Below, one piece after another: positions 1 to 9,223 of a DNA stretch of 64,000 nt. Where the stretch lies: the IMG/VR virus record IMGVR_UViG_3300042558_004148, positions 62,001 through 126,000 of that record. One strand, given 5' to 3'. Below the pieces are notes generated by a model. The model did no database searches. It was not told the DNA's origin and saw only the letters and a list, made by a program, of their open reading frames with translations. The position numbers and the translations under genes were made by a program. Position 1 is the first letter of the stretch. The number at the start of each line of letters is the position of its first letter.

Positions 1-1
1 A

Positions 2-256
2 GGTAAAGAAAAATTAACAGCATTTTTCATGTCCGCATTTTCTGATGAACCTATAGGAGCAAAAACTATCTCATCATTAAGCGATAAAGAAAAAGAAGCA
101 TTTAAGGGTGAATTTTTACAAAAAGCTTCTAAAGCTTATCCAACATCGGCTTCTGCAAGAAACATAACTTCTGATAAAAAAGAAAATGGTGGCGGTGGCG
201 TATTGGATACGTTATCTGGAATTTGGGACGGTTTTGTGGCAGGAGCTAAAAAATAA
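2..256 (+). CDS. Hypothetical protein, 5'-truncated (C-terminal part only)
   Basis: The frame of the 29..256 ORF is open back to the window edge (GKEKLTAFF-M...), so the true start probably lies upstream. Confidence 0.6.
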   Translation, partial: GKEKLTAFFMSAFSDEPIGAKTISSLSDKEKEAFKGEFLQKASKAYPTSASARNITSDKKENGGGGVLDTLSGIWDGFVAGAKK

Positions 257-279
257 AATAAAATAAAATAAAATAAAAT
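250..279 (+). repeat. (AAAAT)6 microsatellite / A-rich leader
   Basis: Six exact AAAAT units overlap the stop of the first ORF and end 5 nt before an ATG at 285. Confidence 0.85.
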
Positions 280-284
280 AAATT

Positions 285-356
285 ATGAAAACTATTTGCA
301 ATTTAATAACCAAAATGACCTTCGGTATTGTTTGTTTCGGTTTATGTAAAAAATAA
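285..356 (+). CDS. Possible 23-aa Cys-containing peptide (MKTICNLITKMTFGIVCFGLCKK)
   Basis: ATG-to-TAA ORF filling the intergenic gap, with the same AATT-ATG context as the starts at 46385 and 57347. Below the ORF-track size cutoff. Confidence 0.3.
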   Translation: MKTICNLITKMTFGIVCFGLCKK

Positions 357-367
357 AATTATAGAAT

Positions 368-715
368 ATGAACGTACAGGACGTAGAAAAAAGAGAGGTT
401 CTTGATTATAAACAATTTTTAGGTAAAGTACATGACGATACCTATAAACCTTTCGCAGCGGACAATCAAAAAGATTCCAGTGATAGAACGGGTCTTTCAG
501 TAATAAAAAGAGAACCAGCTTTTGATTTTGTTGGATATGCAGATTCTGTATTTGGTAATAAATCCAAAATAGATGTACCTGCTTATAGAATAGATATGGA
601 CGGAAAGCAAGGTGAAGTAGATGCTCAGCAATTTGGAAATGTTTTTAATATGGATACTAGTGAATCCGCTAACAATTCAGGCTATTCATTTATAAAAAAT
701 CTTAGTGATTTTTAA
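368..715 (+). CDS. Hypothetical protein
   Basis: 115-aa ORF followed by a terminator hairpin. Confidence 0.75.
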   Translation: MNVQDVEKREVLDYKQFLGKVHDDTYKPFAADNQKDSSDRTGLSVIKREPAFDFVGYADSVFGNKSKIDVPAYRIDMDGKQGEVDAQQFGNVFNMDTSESANNSGYSFIKNLSDF

Positions 716-732
716 ATCTAATATAAGTATAA

Positions 733-766
733 AAAAAAGGCTTCGTTTTTAAACGAAGCCTTTTTT
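733..766. terminator. Bidirectional intrinsic terminator
   Basis: Near-perfect inverted repeat aaaaaaggcttcgttt-tt-aaacgaagcctttttt, with A/T tails on both sides, between convergent genes. Confidence 0.9.
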
Positions 767-1490
767 ATGATATTTTTTCTATGAATTTTTCTTTTGCTAA
801 TCTATATATTTCTGAATTTTCCTCAAAATTTTCATATATCTGAATTACATATAGACTCGGAGATGATTTTTTTTCTAGATTAGCCTCAGCCAATATTTCA
901 TGATAGATGTATTCATAATTTAGAGAAAATTTGGAATTCTTTAAATATATTCTTTTTAATATACATATTTCCTTGTCTCCATCATCGGTTTTCATCGTTA
1001 ATGATCCTTGCCAATGATAAGGTATGATTTTATCGTTTATCATGTTTCTAATTATAAGAATTCCTGAATTTGGTTTTTTGGTAGAATTCTTTTCTATTTC
1101 CGTTTCAACCTCAAATATTTTTATCTTTGATTCCTCATCCTTTAGTATATCCATACATATTTCTGAATATTCATATAATGTTTCCAATGAGCTATCTACT
1201 ATATTTAATATCTTCTCCTGAGTTGGTTCGTCAAGGGCATTAAATTTAAAATTGGCTATAATATCTCTATCCTCGGGTTTCCACCCATTGAATGATTTTA
1301 ATTCCACCGAATTTTTTGATTTAAAATTTGTTAATATTCTAAGTAATCTAGAAACCTCCCTTAGCGTGGAGTAGCAATTCCCAGAGTTTAAATTTTTACT
1401 GAGCTCTTTTAGATAATCCAGTAGGATATACTCTTTGTGCTCCTGATCGATCGGTTCTTTTATGAACCAAATTGGACTTATATTTTTCAT
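765..1490 (-). CDS. Conserved hypothetical protein (probable start MKNISPIWF at 1490)
   Basis: The long ORF 765..1574 has an internal ATG at 1490 that leaves room for divergent promoters. The motif WFIKEPIDQEHKEYILLDYL resembles an uncharacterised Bacteroidota family (recollection, unverified). Confidence 0.65.
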   Translation of the reverse strand: MKNISPIWFIKEPIDQEHKEYILLDYLKELSKNLNSGNCYSTLREVSRLLRILTNFKSKNSVELKSFNGWKPEDRDIIANFKFNALDEPTQEKILNIVDSSLETLYEYSEICMDILKDEESKIKIFEVETEIEKNSTKKPNSGILIIRNMINDKIIPYHWQGSLTMKTDDGDKEICILKRIYLKNSKFSLNYEYIYHEILAEANLEKKSSPSLYVIQIYENFEENSEIYRLAKEKFIEKIS

Positions 1491-1544
1491 TTCTTTTAAA
1501 TGGAATCTTATTTTATATATTTGACTAGATAAAAAGTTACGAAT

Positions 1545-1552
1545 GATATATA
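1545..1552 (+). promoter_or_regulatory. GATATATA putative late promoter (variant of T4 TATAAATA)
   Basis: Motif starts 32 nt upstream of ATG 1577 and recurs at similar spacing before many genes. Confidence 0.6.
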
Positions 1553-1576
1553 CAATAACTAAAATAAAATTCAAAT

Positions 1577-2008
1577 ATGGCTAAAATATATGATTATGCT
1601 GCATTCGCTGGTAGTTCTAAAGGTGCTAAATATAACGATTACTCATTCGGAGTTGAATTAAAGTATATTGACGTGGACATATATGATAGACCGGAGGAGT
1701 ATGCTGATATTTCTGATGCTAAAGTTTTTATTGATTATTCAGTTGATCTTGTTGTTAATAAATCTGGGATAGAGGGAATGAATTTTAGTGTTAGTTCGGT
1801 TGAGCTTGAGTTTATGGTTGACGATCACCCAAACGAAGACAAGGAGTTTGATATAGATCTAATACCTGGTAAAACTATAGACTTTAGTCAGCTTAAAATT
1901 GATGCCAAGGAAAATACAATACCGTCATATCCAACAAATGTATCTATCAATATGAGAAACTCGACGGATCCTAAGAATTTTGAAATAACCGTGGAGTTCG
2001 GAAAATAA
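1577..2008 (+). CDS. Hypothetical acidic protein
   Basis: 143-aa ORF preceded by the GATATATA motif. Confidence 0.75.
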   Translation: MAKIYDYAAFAGSSKGAKYNDYSFGVELKYIDVDIYDRPEEYADISDAKVFIDYSVDLVVNKSGIEGMNFSVSSVELEFMVDDHPNEDKEFDIDLIPGKTIDFSQLKIDAKENTIPSYPTNVSINMRNSTDPKNFEITVEFGK

Positions 2009-2015
2009 TTTAAAG

Positions 2016-2951
2016 ATGAGACATAGAGTAGTAAAATTTTCACAATTCAATTTATCAGAATCTGATACGAGCCAAGAATATAATGTACCCGGTATAAAAC
2101 CTTATATGACTGATGGGTATGAAATATCTGCATTAGATTGCACCACAGAGGAAGATGAAAATGGTAAGATATTCATTAGGAAAGACTCTGGAACGTCCGT
2201 GTTATTGTCTTTTGGCGACACAGAGTGTGATATTTGGATACCCAAGGATGCAATTGAGATAAAAAAATTGGATGATAACTACATATTAACGATATCACCG
2301 GATTCAAAATGGTTTAATCGACCTGAAAATAGAATTATAGTGGAAGACTTTATAGAGGGATTTGATTCATATAGAATCAATACTTCCTCGGGTGACAAGA
2401 GAGTTATAGATGGGGTTTCCGATGATATATCCACTTTATTGGACATGCTTGGTCTAGATATTAAAATTAACAGTATTGAGAAGATATCAGATAATGAATA
2501 CGAGATAACTTTGGACACCGGTATTTTTATTTCATATAAGAAGAGGAGTAACAGCGATATGATAGGTACAACCAAATTTTACTTGGATACAAACTCACCG
2601 ACACCGGGAATAGAGATAACACCAGCAAATGATGGTATAAATTTGATTTCTGATATTTCCGGCATCTGCAAAAAAGAAATAGAAACGGATTTCAAAAAAA
2701 TTAAGAATGATCCATATCACAGATATCTATTAAAAAGACCTATTGGGTTGGAAAGCAATATGGATAGAGAAAATTTATACTCGCATTACCTTGAAGTTAT
2801 AAATTCTGATTTTAAAAATGACTCTAAATCTGAGGATCCTAATATATCTGACTCCGGGAGAGCAGGTATATCATATGTGAAGGATATAAAGAAATTAATA
2901 GCCGAGTACATTTCTCCCGAAAAAATCCGAGAAATCTCTCCCGATCTATAA
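2016..2951 (+). CDS. Hypothetical protein, possible head-internal protein
   Basis: 311-aa ORF; N-terminus VVKFSQFNLSE resembles T4 capsid-targeting/prohead protease sites. Confidence 0.7.
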   Translation: MRHRVVKFSQFNLSESDTSQEYNVPGIKPYMTDGYEISALDCTTEEDENGKIFIRKDSGTSVLLSFGDTECDIWIPKDAIEIKKLDDNYILTISPDSKWFNRPENRIIVEDFIEGFDSYRINTSSGDKRVIDGVSDDISTLLDMLGLDIKINSIEKISDNEYEITLDTGIFISYKKRSNSDMIGTTKFYLDTNSPTPGIEITPANDGINLISDISGICKKEIETDFKKIKNDPYHRYLLKRPIGLESNMDRENLYSHYLEVINSDFKNDSKSEDPNISDSGRAGISYVKDIKKLIAEYISPEKIREISPDL

Positions 2952-2989
2952 TACGAAACAAAAAGTATTTACTTCGACTATAATTCCTG

Positions 2990-3265
2990 ATGGACTTAGC
3001 TCTTAATTTTTACCTTGAATACAACCAGGTAATATTTATTAAAAAAATTAAAGGATATAGCATAATAGAGATTCGAAGACATTCTGATCCTATCATGGAT
3101 AATATTATAGAGGTTTGGTATTATGACTCCCGTAAAAAATTAAGGGGTGAATCATCATGGATAACTTTAAATGATCTTATATCGCATATCGCATATTATA
3201 AAACCCTTGGATTTACTGAGCTGACTATAGAAACAAATACCAATAACAGATCTAAAATAAAATAA
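2990..3265 (+). CDS. Hypothetical protein
   Basis: 91-aa ORF in a tightly packed + strand cluster. Confidence 0.65.
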   Translation: MDLALNFYLEYNQVIFIKKIKGYSIIEIRRHSDPIMDNIIEVWYYDSRKKLRGESSWITLNDLISHIAYYKTLGFTELTIETNTNNRSKIK

Positions 3266-3267
3266 AG

Positions 3268-3933
3268 ATGATTAATATTTTAAATCTCTTTTCTAAAAAA
3301 TCTAATAAAAAGAAAAAAATGGAGATAAGTCAGGAAACTTTGGAAGATGCTATTGCAAAGTACTCCGGAATGGAGTTTCAATGGATAAAAGGTGAGGATA
3401 TGTCAGTAACTGAGACATACAAGAACATAAATTCAAATGGTGAAGATGTTTTTATACTTTTTAATAGCGGTAAAAGAATAAATTTGAATTTACTGGATGA
3501 GTATATGGTATGGTTTCCAGCAAATACTAGAATTCCTGAACCACCCACTGTAAATCATGAGTTACCTAGGCCCAAGTCAGAACCGATGGTTACGTCGATC
3601 CAATATTCGGATCAGCCAAATGTATCATTCGACGAATCACCGATATATAAGCTATTAAAAAAGCAGAAAAAAAATGCTGTTGAGGTTTCAATAAAGCTTA
3701 AATTAAATTTACCATCAAAGGATTTATATAGTGTTCTATGTCTTTCATTCGATGATGCTGAGAAGGAAATAGTTGATTTTGTTTTGGATGATGTTAATAT
3801 AGATGACATTAAGAGATCGCTAGGCGAATCAATAAGAAAATCCTATTATACAGCATCAAGCAAATCTAATGATTCAGATAAGGAGCCTATAGTAACAAAT
3901 AGAAGAAGAAATAATAGCACCAATGAAAAATAA
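3268..3933 (+). CDS. Hypothetical two-domain protein
   Basis: 221-aa ORF with a Pro-rich linker between two globular-looking segments. Confidence 0.75.
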   Translation: MINILNLFSKKSNKKKKMEISQETLEDAIAKYSGMEFQWIKGEDMSVTETYKNINSNGEDVFILFNSGKRINLNLLDEYMVWFPANTRIPEPPTVNHELPRPKSEPMVTSIQYSDQPNVSFDESPIYKLLKKQKKNAVEVSIKLKLNLPSKDLYSVLCLSFDDAEKEIVDFVLDDVNIDDIKRSLGESIRKSYYTASSKSNDSDKEPIVTNRRRNNSTNEK

Positions 3934-4507
3934 AGATAAAGTTTGCTACGAAGCTCCCAAATTTAAGGTTGTTGAAAGGGAGGGTAAAGCAGGTATAGTT
4001 TCAACAGTCGAAACTGTTATGATTTTACCGTTCATTTCGGATGATCAAGGTTTACCCCTGATGTTAGGGGTTATCAAAGAACCTAATCTTTTTAGAGAAG
4101 GTGGTAATACTACGAGTTTAATTACCGGAACGTGTGATGATGAAGATCCTGATTATTTAGCTACAGCTAAAAGGGAGCTAAAAGAGGAATCCGGATATGA
4201 TGTTGAAGATAGTTCGAAATGGTATTTTCTGGGAACTGTTACATCCAATAAGTTCGTACAAAAAGAATATCCATGCTTTGCTGTTAACGTTACAGATATT
4301 AAAAAAGGAGAAGCTGAAACTGACGGCTCTAAACAGGAAAAAATGGCAGAATTTACTTTTATCCCAGCTAACGATGTTGTTAAATCGCAGGATGTTTTTA
4401 TACCAGCATTATTTCTAAAGCTTTTTAAGTTTGTTGTTGGTATGGACCTATATAATAGGGACGATTCAGTTTTTGGTAAGGATAAAGGATTTTCAGTAGA
4501 TATTTAA
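3923..4507 (+). CDS. Nudix hydrolase (ADP-ribose pyrophosphatase-like)
   Basis: Nudix box GTCDDEDPDYLATAKRELKEESGY. Confidence 0.9.
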   Translation: MKNKDKVCYEAPKFKVVEREGKAGIVSTVETVMILPFISDDQGLPLMLGVIKEPNLFREGGNTTSLITGTCDDEDPDYLATAKRELKEESGYDVEDSSKWYFLGTVTSNKFVQKEYPCFAVNVTDIKKGEAETDGSKQEKMAEFTFIPANDVVKSQDVFIPALFLKLFKFVVGMDLYNRDDSVFGKDKGFSVDI

Positions 4508-4518
4508 TTTTATATATT

Positions 4519-4815
4519 ATGAGCGCTAATAGAAGAGAGAGAAGAAAATTATTGAGACAGTATGGTCTTTTAGATACGATTAAAAAGACATCGGTTGGAT
4601 CAAGAATTGAGGAAGGCCAGAATACACATAGATTAAATTTGCAGAGAATCAAGAATGATCAATTAAAAAAAGATAGAGAAAGGACAGGTAATTCTGACAA
4701 CTCTGAGAATATTAATTTTTATCACGATAGCAAGGATGAATATAATGCATTTACCTCGCTTCTTTCTTCTAAGGACTGGAAAAATTTAGATACAGGAGAA
4801 AAAGATGGAGAGTAA
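4519..4815 (+). CDS. Hypothetical basic protein
   Basis: 98-aa ORF with an NRRERR N-terminus, overlapping the next gene. Confidence 0.7.
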   Translation: MSANRRERRKLLRQYGLLDTIKKTSVGSRIEEGQNTHRLNLQRIKNDQLKKDRERTGNSDNSENINFYHDSKDEYNAFTSLLSSKDWKNLDTGEKDGE

Positions 4816-5134
4816 AATGAAGATAAATTTCTACATATCCAGATATTCTCCCAAGGAAGCTAAAAAAAGATCCACGTATGGCTCTGATTTTTATGTTGTT
4901 GATATAGCAAAGATAATAAGAGAACTTGGATATAGCACAGATGAGCTTTCGGTGGAATCAGAATTTATTATAAATTACACTATTCGCAAGAAAATAATAC
5001 AAGGAATATATAGTACAAAGTGTGACGGTATACTTGTATGCTATAAGAATATATCTCCTAATTTTGTAGAAAATTTGGAGATTCTATTAGAAGAATATTC
5101 AGAAGAATTCGAGTATGCTATCACAGATCTTTAA
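4805..5134 (+). CDS. Hypothetical protein
   Basis: 109-aa ORF in an operon-like arrangement. Confidence 0.7.
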   Translation: MESKMKINFYISRYSPKEAKKRSTYGSDFYVVDIAKIIRELGYSTDELSVESEFIINYTIRKKIIQGIYSTKCDGILVCYKNISPNFVENLEILLEEYSEEFEYAITDL

Positions 5135-5153
5135 AAAAAGATTTGTATAATAG

Positions 5154-7019
5154 ATGGGTAGCCCAGCAAATTTAGTAGAAAAACAACAGAGAGGTATATC
5201 AAAGGACCTCATAGAAAAAGCAAGCAATCTTGGATCCAATAATCCTTTCAAGGGTCCAACCGCAAGAAGTTTGTTCTATGAAGCTGCAAAAAGAAATCCA
5301 GGTAAATATGGACAATTTCTTTTTTATTCTTTAGGCAGCAATGAAAACGATTTCATAGATGCATATTACAGATCTGAAAATGCCCAATATAACAGGAGAG
5401 TATCCTCGTTAAAATCAAAAAATCCATCAGCGGGATATCTAATATCACAAACCAATAGTTTGGAGAATTCACTATCTAGTGCTGACTCCACTCTAGCAGG
5501 ATTAAGTTCTAGTTTCGAAAGAGATATAGTAGGTGGATTAGCAGCTCCATATTCATGGAAAGATTTTTTATATGCTAAGCATTATGGTACGATACCTAAT
5601 AACTATATGATAACTCTGAGAAGATTTCCGACTCCGGTACTAGATAATTTCTCAATACCTGCTATTATTAAAGATTCAGATTCGTATAAAAAGGAAGGCG
5701 CAGGAAGGCCTGTTGCACAGGCGGTAACATGGTTTGGTGGTAATACTGGAAATAGTTTAAATGAACTAATATCATTTACTACTGGATTAGAATGGGGACC
5801 AAAAACTCAGGATGAGATTAAATCATCCGATGCTTTTTCTAAGGGATTCTTTGGTGATCTGCCATTCCAATGGTTTTCTTCAGCTGCTAGAACTGCAACA
5901 GGAACTGATATATTATCTCAGGGCGTATCGTCATTCGCAGAGGGTTCTGCCATAGCATTTGATCCTAATAATACTTCCATAGATGATCTTAGAGTTAGAG
6001 GACTGAGAGATAGAGCAAAGGATGGTTCAGCTGGACTTCTGTCCGAATACATCTGGGTACCTATGGATGTTGTCAAACAAACACAGGTAAGGGAGACAGG
6101 TCTTAAATTCACATGGGAATCTCTGGTTGTTAATTTTGAATATGAATTAACTTCGGTAGGTGAGGTTAATACAAAGGCAGCAATGCTTGATATACTAGGT
6201 AACATGTTATCAATAGGAACAAATTATGGTAATTTTTTAACACCCGATATAAGATATAATTCATCATTTCCAGCAATAGGATTTCCTGGTGGTGATGCTG
6301 GTCTTGCTTCATTCTATAGAGATCCTTTACAATTTATACTTGAGTATGGTGATCAGCTGACAAATCCCACAAAAATAGCTACTGAAGCTGCTGGTGGAGC
6401 TTCTGAAACTGGTGGATTTGGACTGAATGGTGCAAACGGAAATGGTATACAGGATCTAAGAGCAGAGTTTGAAAGAATAGTTAGTGAATCCTCTGAAGGT
6501 GGTAAAGGTTTAAGCGTCTCCAAAATAAAAGAACTTTCAGGTAAATTTGGTGAGGGATTTGGTAAATTGCTTAAGCTGACTGTTTTACCCGATTTTATAG
6601 AAAAATGGCAGGCACCTGCTAGTTTACTTACTGGTGCACCCATTGGTGAATGGCATTTAACAATAGGTAATCCCTGTAACCCCATAGCAATGATCGGAAA
6701 TCTTGTTTGTGACAGTGTTGATATATCTTTTGGTGATACATTGGGACCCGATGATTTCCCAACTACATTAAAGGCAAAATTTACGATGTTGCATGGTAGG
6801 GATAGAGAACGCGGTGAAATAGAGAGCATATTCAATAGAGGTGATGGTAGACTTTATCAATCTAGTTTAGAAACATCAGCATCTGCTCAATCTTATAATT
6901 CACAAGCTGATGTTAATGGAAATGTTCTTAGTGAGCAGACAGTAAATAATTATTTGAATATGAATTCATATACTACTGAATTATCTGATCAGCTAGGACC
7001 TAATATACCTCAGCCTTAA
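5154..7019 (+). CDS. Putative baseplate/tail tube-initiator-like structural protein (gp48/gp54-like position)
   Basis: 621-aa ORF directly upstream of the gp53- and gp27-like genes. The beta-rich C-terminus (WHLTIGNP...LVCDSVDISF...KFTM) fits a tube-like fold. Function inferred from position. Confidence 0.4.
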   Translation: MGSPANLVEKQQRGISKDLIEKASNLGSNNPFKGPTARSLFYEAAKRNPGKYGQFLFYSLGSNENDFIDAYYRSENAQYNRRVSSLKSKNPSAGYLISQTNSLENSLSSADSTLAGLSSSFERDIVGGLAAPYSWKDFLYAKHYGTIPNNYMITLRRFPTPVLDNFSIPAIIKDSDSYKKEGAGRPVAQAVTWFGGNTGNSLNELISFTTGLEWGPKTQDEIKSSDAFSKGFFGDLPFQWFSSAARTATGTDILSQGVSSFAEGSAIAFDPNNTSIDDLRVRGLRDRAKDGSAGLLSEYIWVPMDVVKQTQVRETGLKFTWESLVVNFEYELTSVGEVNTKAAMLDILGNMLSIGTNYGNFLTPDIRYNSSFPAIGFPGGDAGLASFYRDPLQFILEYGDQLTNPTKIATEAAGGASETGGFGLNGANGNGIQDLRAEFERIVSESSEGGKGLSVSKIKELSGKFGEGFGKLLKLTVLPDFIEKWQAPASLLTGAPIGEWHLTIGNPCNPIAMIGNLVCDSVDISFGDTLGPDDFPTTLKAKFTMLHGRDRERGEIESIFNRGDGRLYQSSLETSASAQSYNSQADVNGNVLSEQTVNNYLNMNSYTTELSDQLGPNIPQP

Positions 7020-7033
7020 AATAATAAATAAAA

Positions 7034-7624
7034 ATGGGACTTCTTCTAATAGATACTATAGCAAAAAATAAATCCATATTTAATCCATCTCCGGATCTAG
7101 ATACAAATAAATATGGTATTTGGGATTTAACTAAAGCGTCAATAACTTATGACAACGTAAATGTTAAGATAAGCGAGGTTTTCATAGTAGGCGATGATTA
7201 TCAGATGAGACCCGATTTAATTGCTGCAATCAAATTTGGTGATCAGGGTAAAATGGGATCACTGTTAAAATTGAATAATATAAGTAATCCATTTGCTATA
7301 GATCAAAATAGAGTTCTGATGCTACCAACAAGTAGCACCATAGATAGCACATTTAATGTTAAGAAAGCTAAAAATCAGGCAGCTGCATCTTCTAATACTA
7401 GTACTAATGCTAATCAGGTATTTAGAAATAATCAGGAACAAAAGAAATTCAAGGTTAGCGATGGCAGGAAAAAGTTTTTGGATGCAAAGATAAAAAATGC
7501 ACCAGAGATGGCTTTGCCTCCTAATGTTATGCAACCTAGTCAGAGAACAATAATTAAGAAGGACGGATTTATAATATTTGCTCCAGATTCCGGAGGTGGC
7601 GGATTAACCCAACCAGCAAATTAA
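7034..7624 (+). CDS. Baseplate wedge protein, T4 gp53-like (LysM-like)
   Basis: FIVGDDYQMRPDLIAAIKFG...LLKLNNISNPF matches the gp53/LysM-like RPD-x-I-A pattern. Confidence 0.7.
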   Translation: MGLLLIDTIAKNKSIFNPSPDLDTNKYGIWDLTKASITYDNVNVKISEVFIVGDDYQMRPDLIAAIKFGDQGKMGSLLKLNNISNPFAIDQNRVLMLPTSSTIDSTFNVKKAKNQAAASSNTSTNANQVFRNNQEQKKFKVSDGRKKFLDAKIKNAPEMALPPNVMQPSQRTIIKKDGFIIFAPDSGGGGLTQPAN

Positions 7625-7636
7625 TATTAACCGATT

Positions 7637-9190
7637 ATGAATATTGACGATATAAAGATAATTTCATTGGCTCTGAATAATATGAAGCTGGATGAGATGC
7701 TTAAAGTTGATAAATCAGGTGGATCGGAGGATGTACAGAAGCTTAGAGATACTGGTGAGACATCACAATATTCGATAGGTTTAGAATCTCCATATATCTT
7801 GATTAATGGATATCCGGTAAGTAAAGGACTTACTAAATTTCATCTTAGCTTGAATGGATTTCTCCCTGTAATAAGATTTTCTTTTGATGTAATAGAACCA
7901 CTATTTATATCTGTTAGTTATCCGAAGGATGGAGATATAGTGTCTGTTTATCTTAGATCCCCTGGGGATCTTTATAATCCAATGAGGATGGACTATAAAA
8001 TATTATCCGTAGATGGTGGAGTATCTAGTAAATATTCTTCGACTGGTTCTGATCCGGATGGTATTAATTTTAAATTTTCAATAGTTGCTGAATGTTACAT
8101 ACCTGGATTATATTCTCCTGTTATAAAATCGTTTAGTAACAAATCATCTTCTGATGTATTATTGGAGGTTTCACAGGAACTTAATTTGGGGTTTGCCACT
8201 AATGAAAATGCTACTGTTGATGAGATGACATGGATTTGTCCTAATTATTCATATTATGATTTCATATCCGATGTGTGTACAAGATCATATAAGGATGACG
8301 AAACCAGTTTTTTCGATTGTTGGGTTGATCAATATTATAATGTAAATTTTGTAAATCTTGGTACACAGTTTGCATTCCAGGATGATCCTAAGCAGGATGT
8401 AATGTTTATTCCTGGCTATACATCTGATGGGATTAAGCCAGATGCAAATATACCTGGTTCTGCCTCAGCGGCTCCTACTGTAACCCCATTTGTTTTAACT
8501 AACATGATGGGAGCAGGTATAACACCATTTTTCATAAATGGTTATACTCTAACCTCGAAATCAGGAAACGTTTCTAATTATTCGGGTTATGTTAATACCA
8601 TTGGATTTTATGATGAGAATACTACCGTGGAGACTCCGCCTGAAAAATACATAAAGTATGATATGGAATCACAAACTCCGGAGAATATAGAAACCGGTAT
8701 GATTTTACAAAAGGGTAGAGCAAGGGATAATGAATACAAGAATGAAACCAGAAGAGAATGGCTAGGTCCAATTAATATTAATGTTGATCCAACATATGGT
8801 GGTGTTCATAAGAATTACTATCACACTAAAATGCAGAATATTATAAATATTTTGGATGTAAATAAGCTAACGCTTGAAATAGAGATGAGCTCATATTTTG
8901 CTGGTGTCATAAAAGGACAAGTCGTTCCGGTTGCGATATATGCATTTGATGGAGGTCCAAGACAACAAAATACAGGTAATCTGCCAAATAAGGAGTCAAA
9001 TAAAACTATGTCACCAACATTAGACCTATTTCTATCTGGAAATTATGTAGTTCTTGGGGTTGAAATATATTGGTCTCCCAGCGGAGGTCTTAGACAAAAG
9101 CTAAATCTAAGCAGAAGAGCATGGACCGCTAACTCATCTGGAGCACTACCTAAAGCTTTCCCGATATCAATACAAAGTGGACAATTCTAA
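7637..9190 (+). CDS. Baseplate hub protein, T4 gp27-like
   Basis: 517 aa; sits between the gp53-like and gp5-like genes; segment SFSNKSSSDVLLEVSQELNLGF...WICPNYSYYDFISDV is typical of hub proteins. Confidence 0.6.
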   Translation: MNIDDIKIISLALNNMKLDEMLKVDKSGGSEDVQKLRDTGETSQYSIGLESPYILINGYPVSKGLTKFHLSLNGFLPVIRFSFDVIEPLFISVSYPKDGDIVSVYLRSPGDLYNPMRMDYKILSVDGGVSSKYSSTGSDPDGINFKFSIVAECYIPGLYSPVIKSFSNKSSSDVLLEVSQELNLGFATNENATVDEMTWICPNYSYYDFISDVCTRSYKDDETSFFDCWVDQYYNVNFVNLGTQFAFQDDPKQDVMFIPGYTSDGIKPDANIPGSASAAPTVTPFVLTNMMGAGITPFFINGYTLTSKSGNVSNYSGYVNTIGFYDENTTVETPPEKYIKYDMESQTPENIETGMILQKGRARDNEYKNETRREWLGPININVDPTYGGVHKNYYHTKMQNIINILDVNKLTLEIEMSSYFAGVIKGQVVPVAIYAFDGGPRQQNTGNLPNKESNKTMSPTLDLFLSGNYVVLGVEIYWSPSGGLRQKLNLSRRAWTANSSGALPKAFPISIQSGQF

Positions 9191-9196
9191 GGTTGG

Positions 9197-9213
9197 GATA
9201 AATAGTATAAATA
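9197..9213 (+). promoter_or_regulatory. Tandem GATAAATA / TATAAATA late-promoter motifs
   Basis: gataaatagtataaata lies 27 nt upstream of ATG 9224 and includes an exact T4 late consensus TATAAATA at 9206-9213. Confidence 0.6.
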
Positions 9214-9223
9214 ATTTTTTTAA

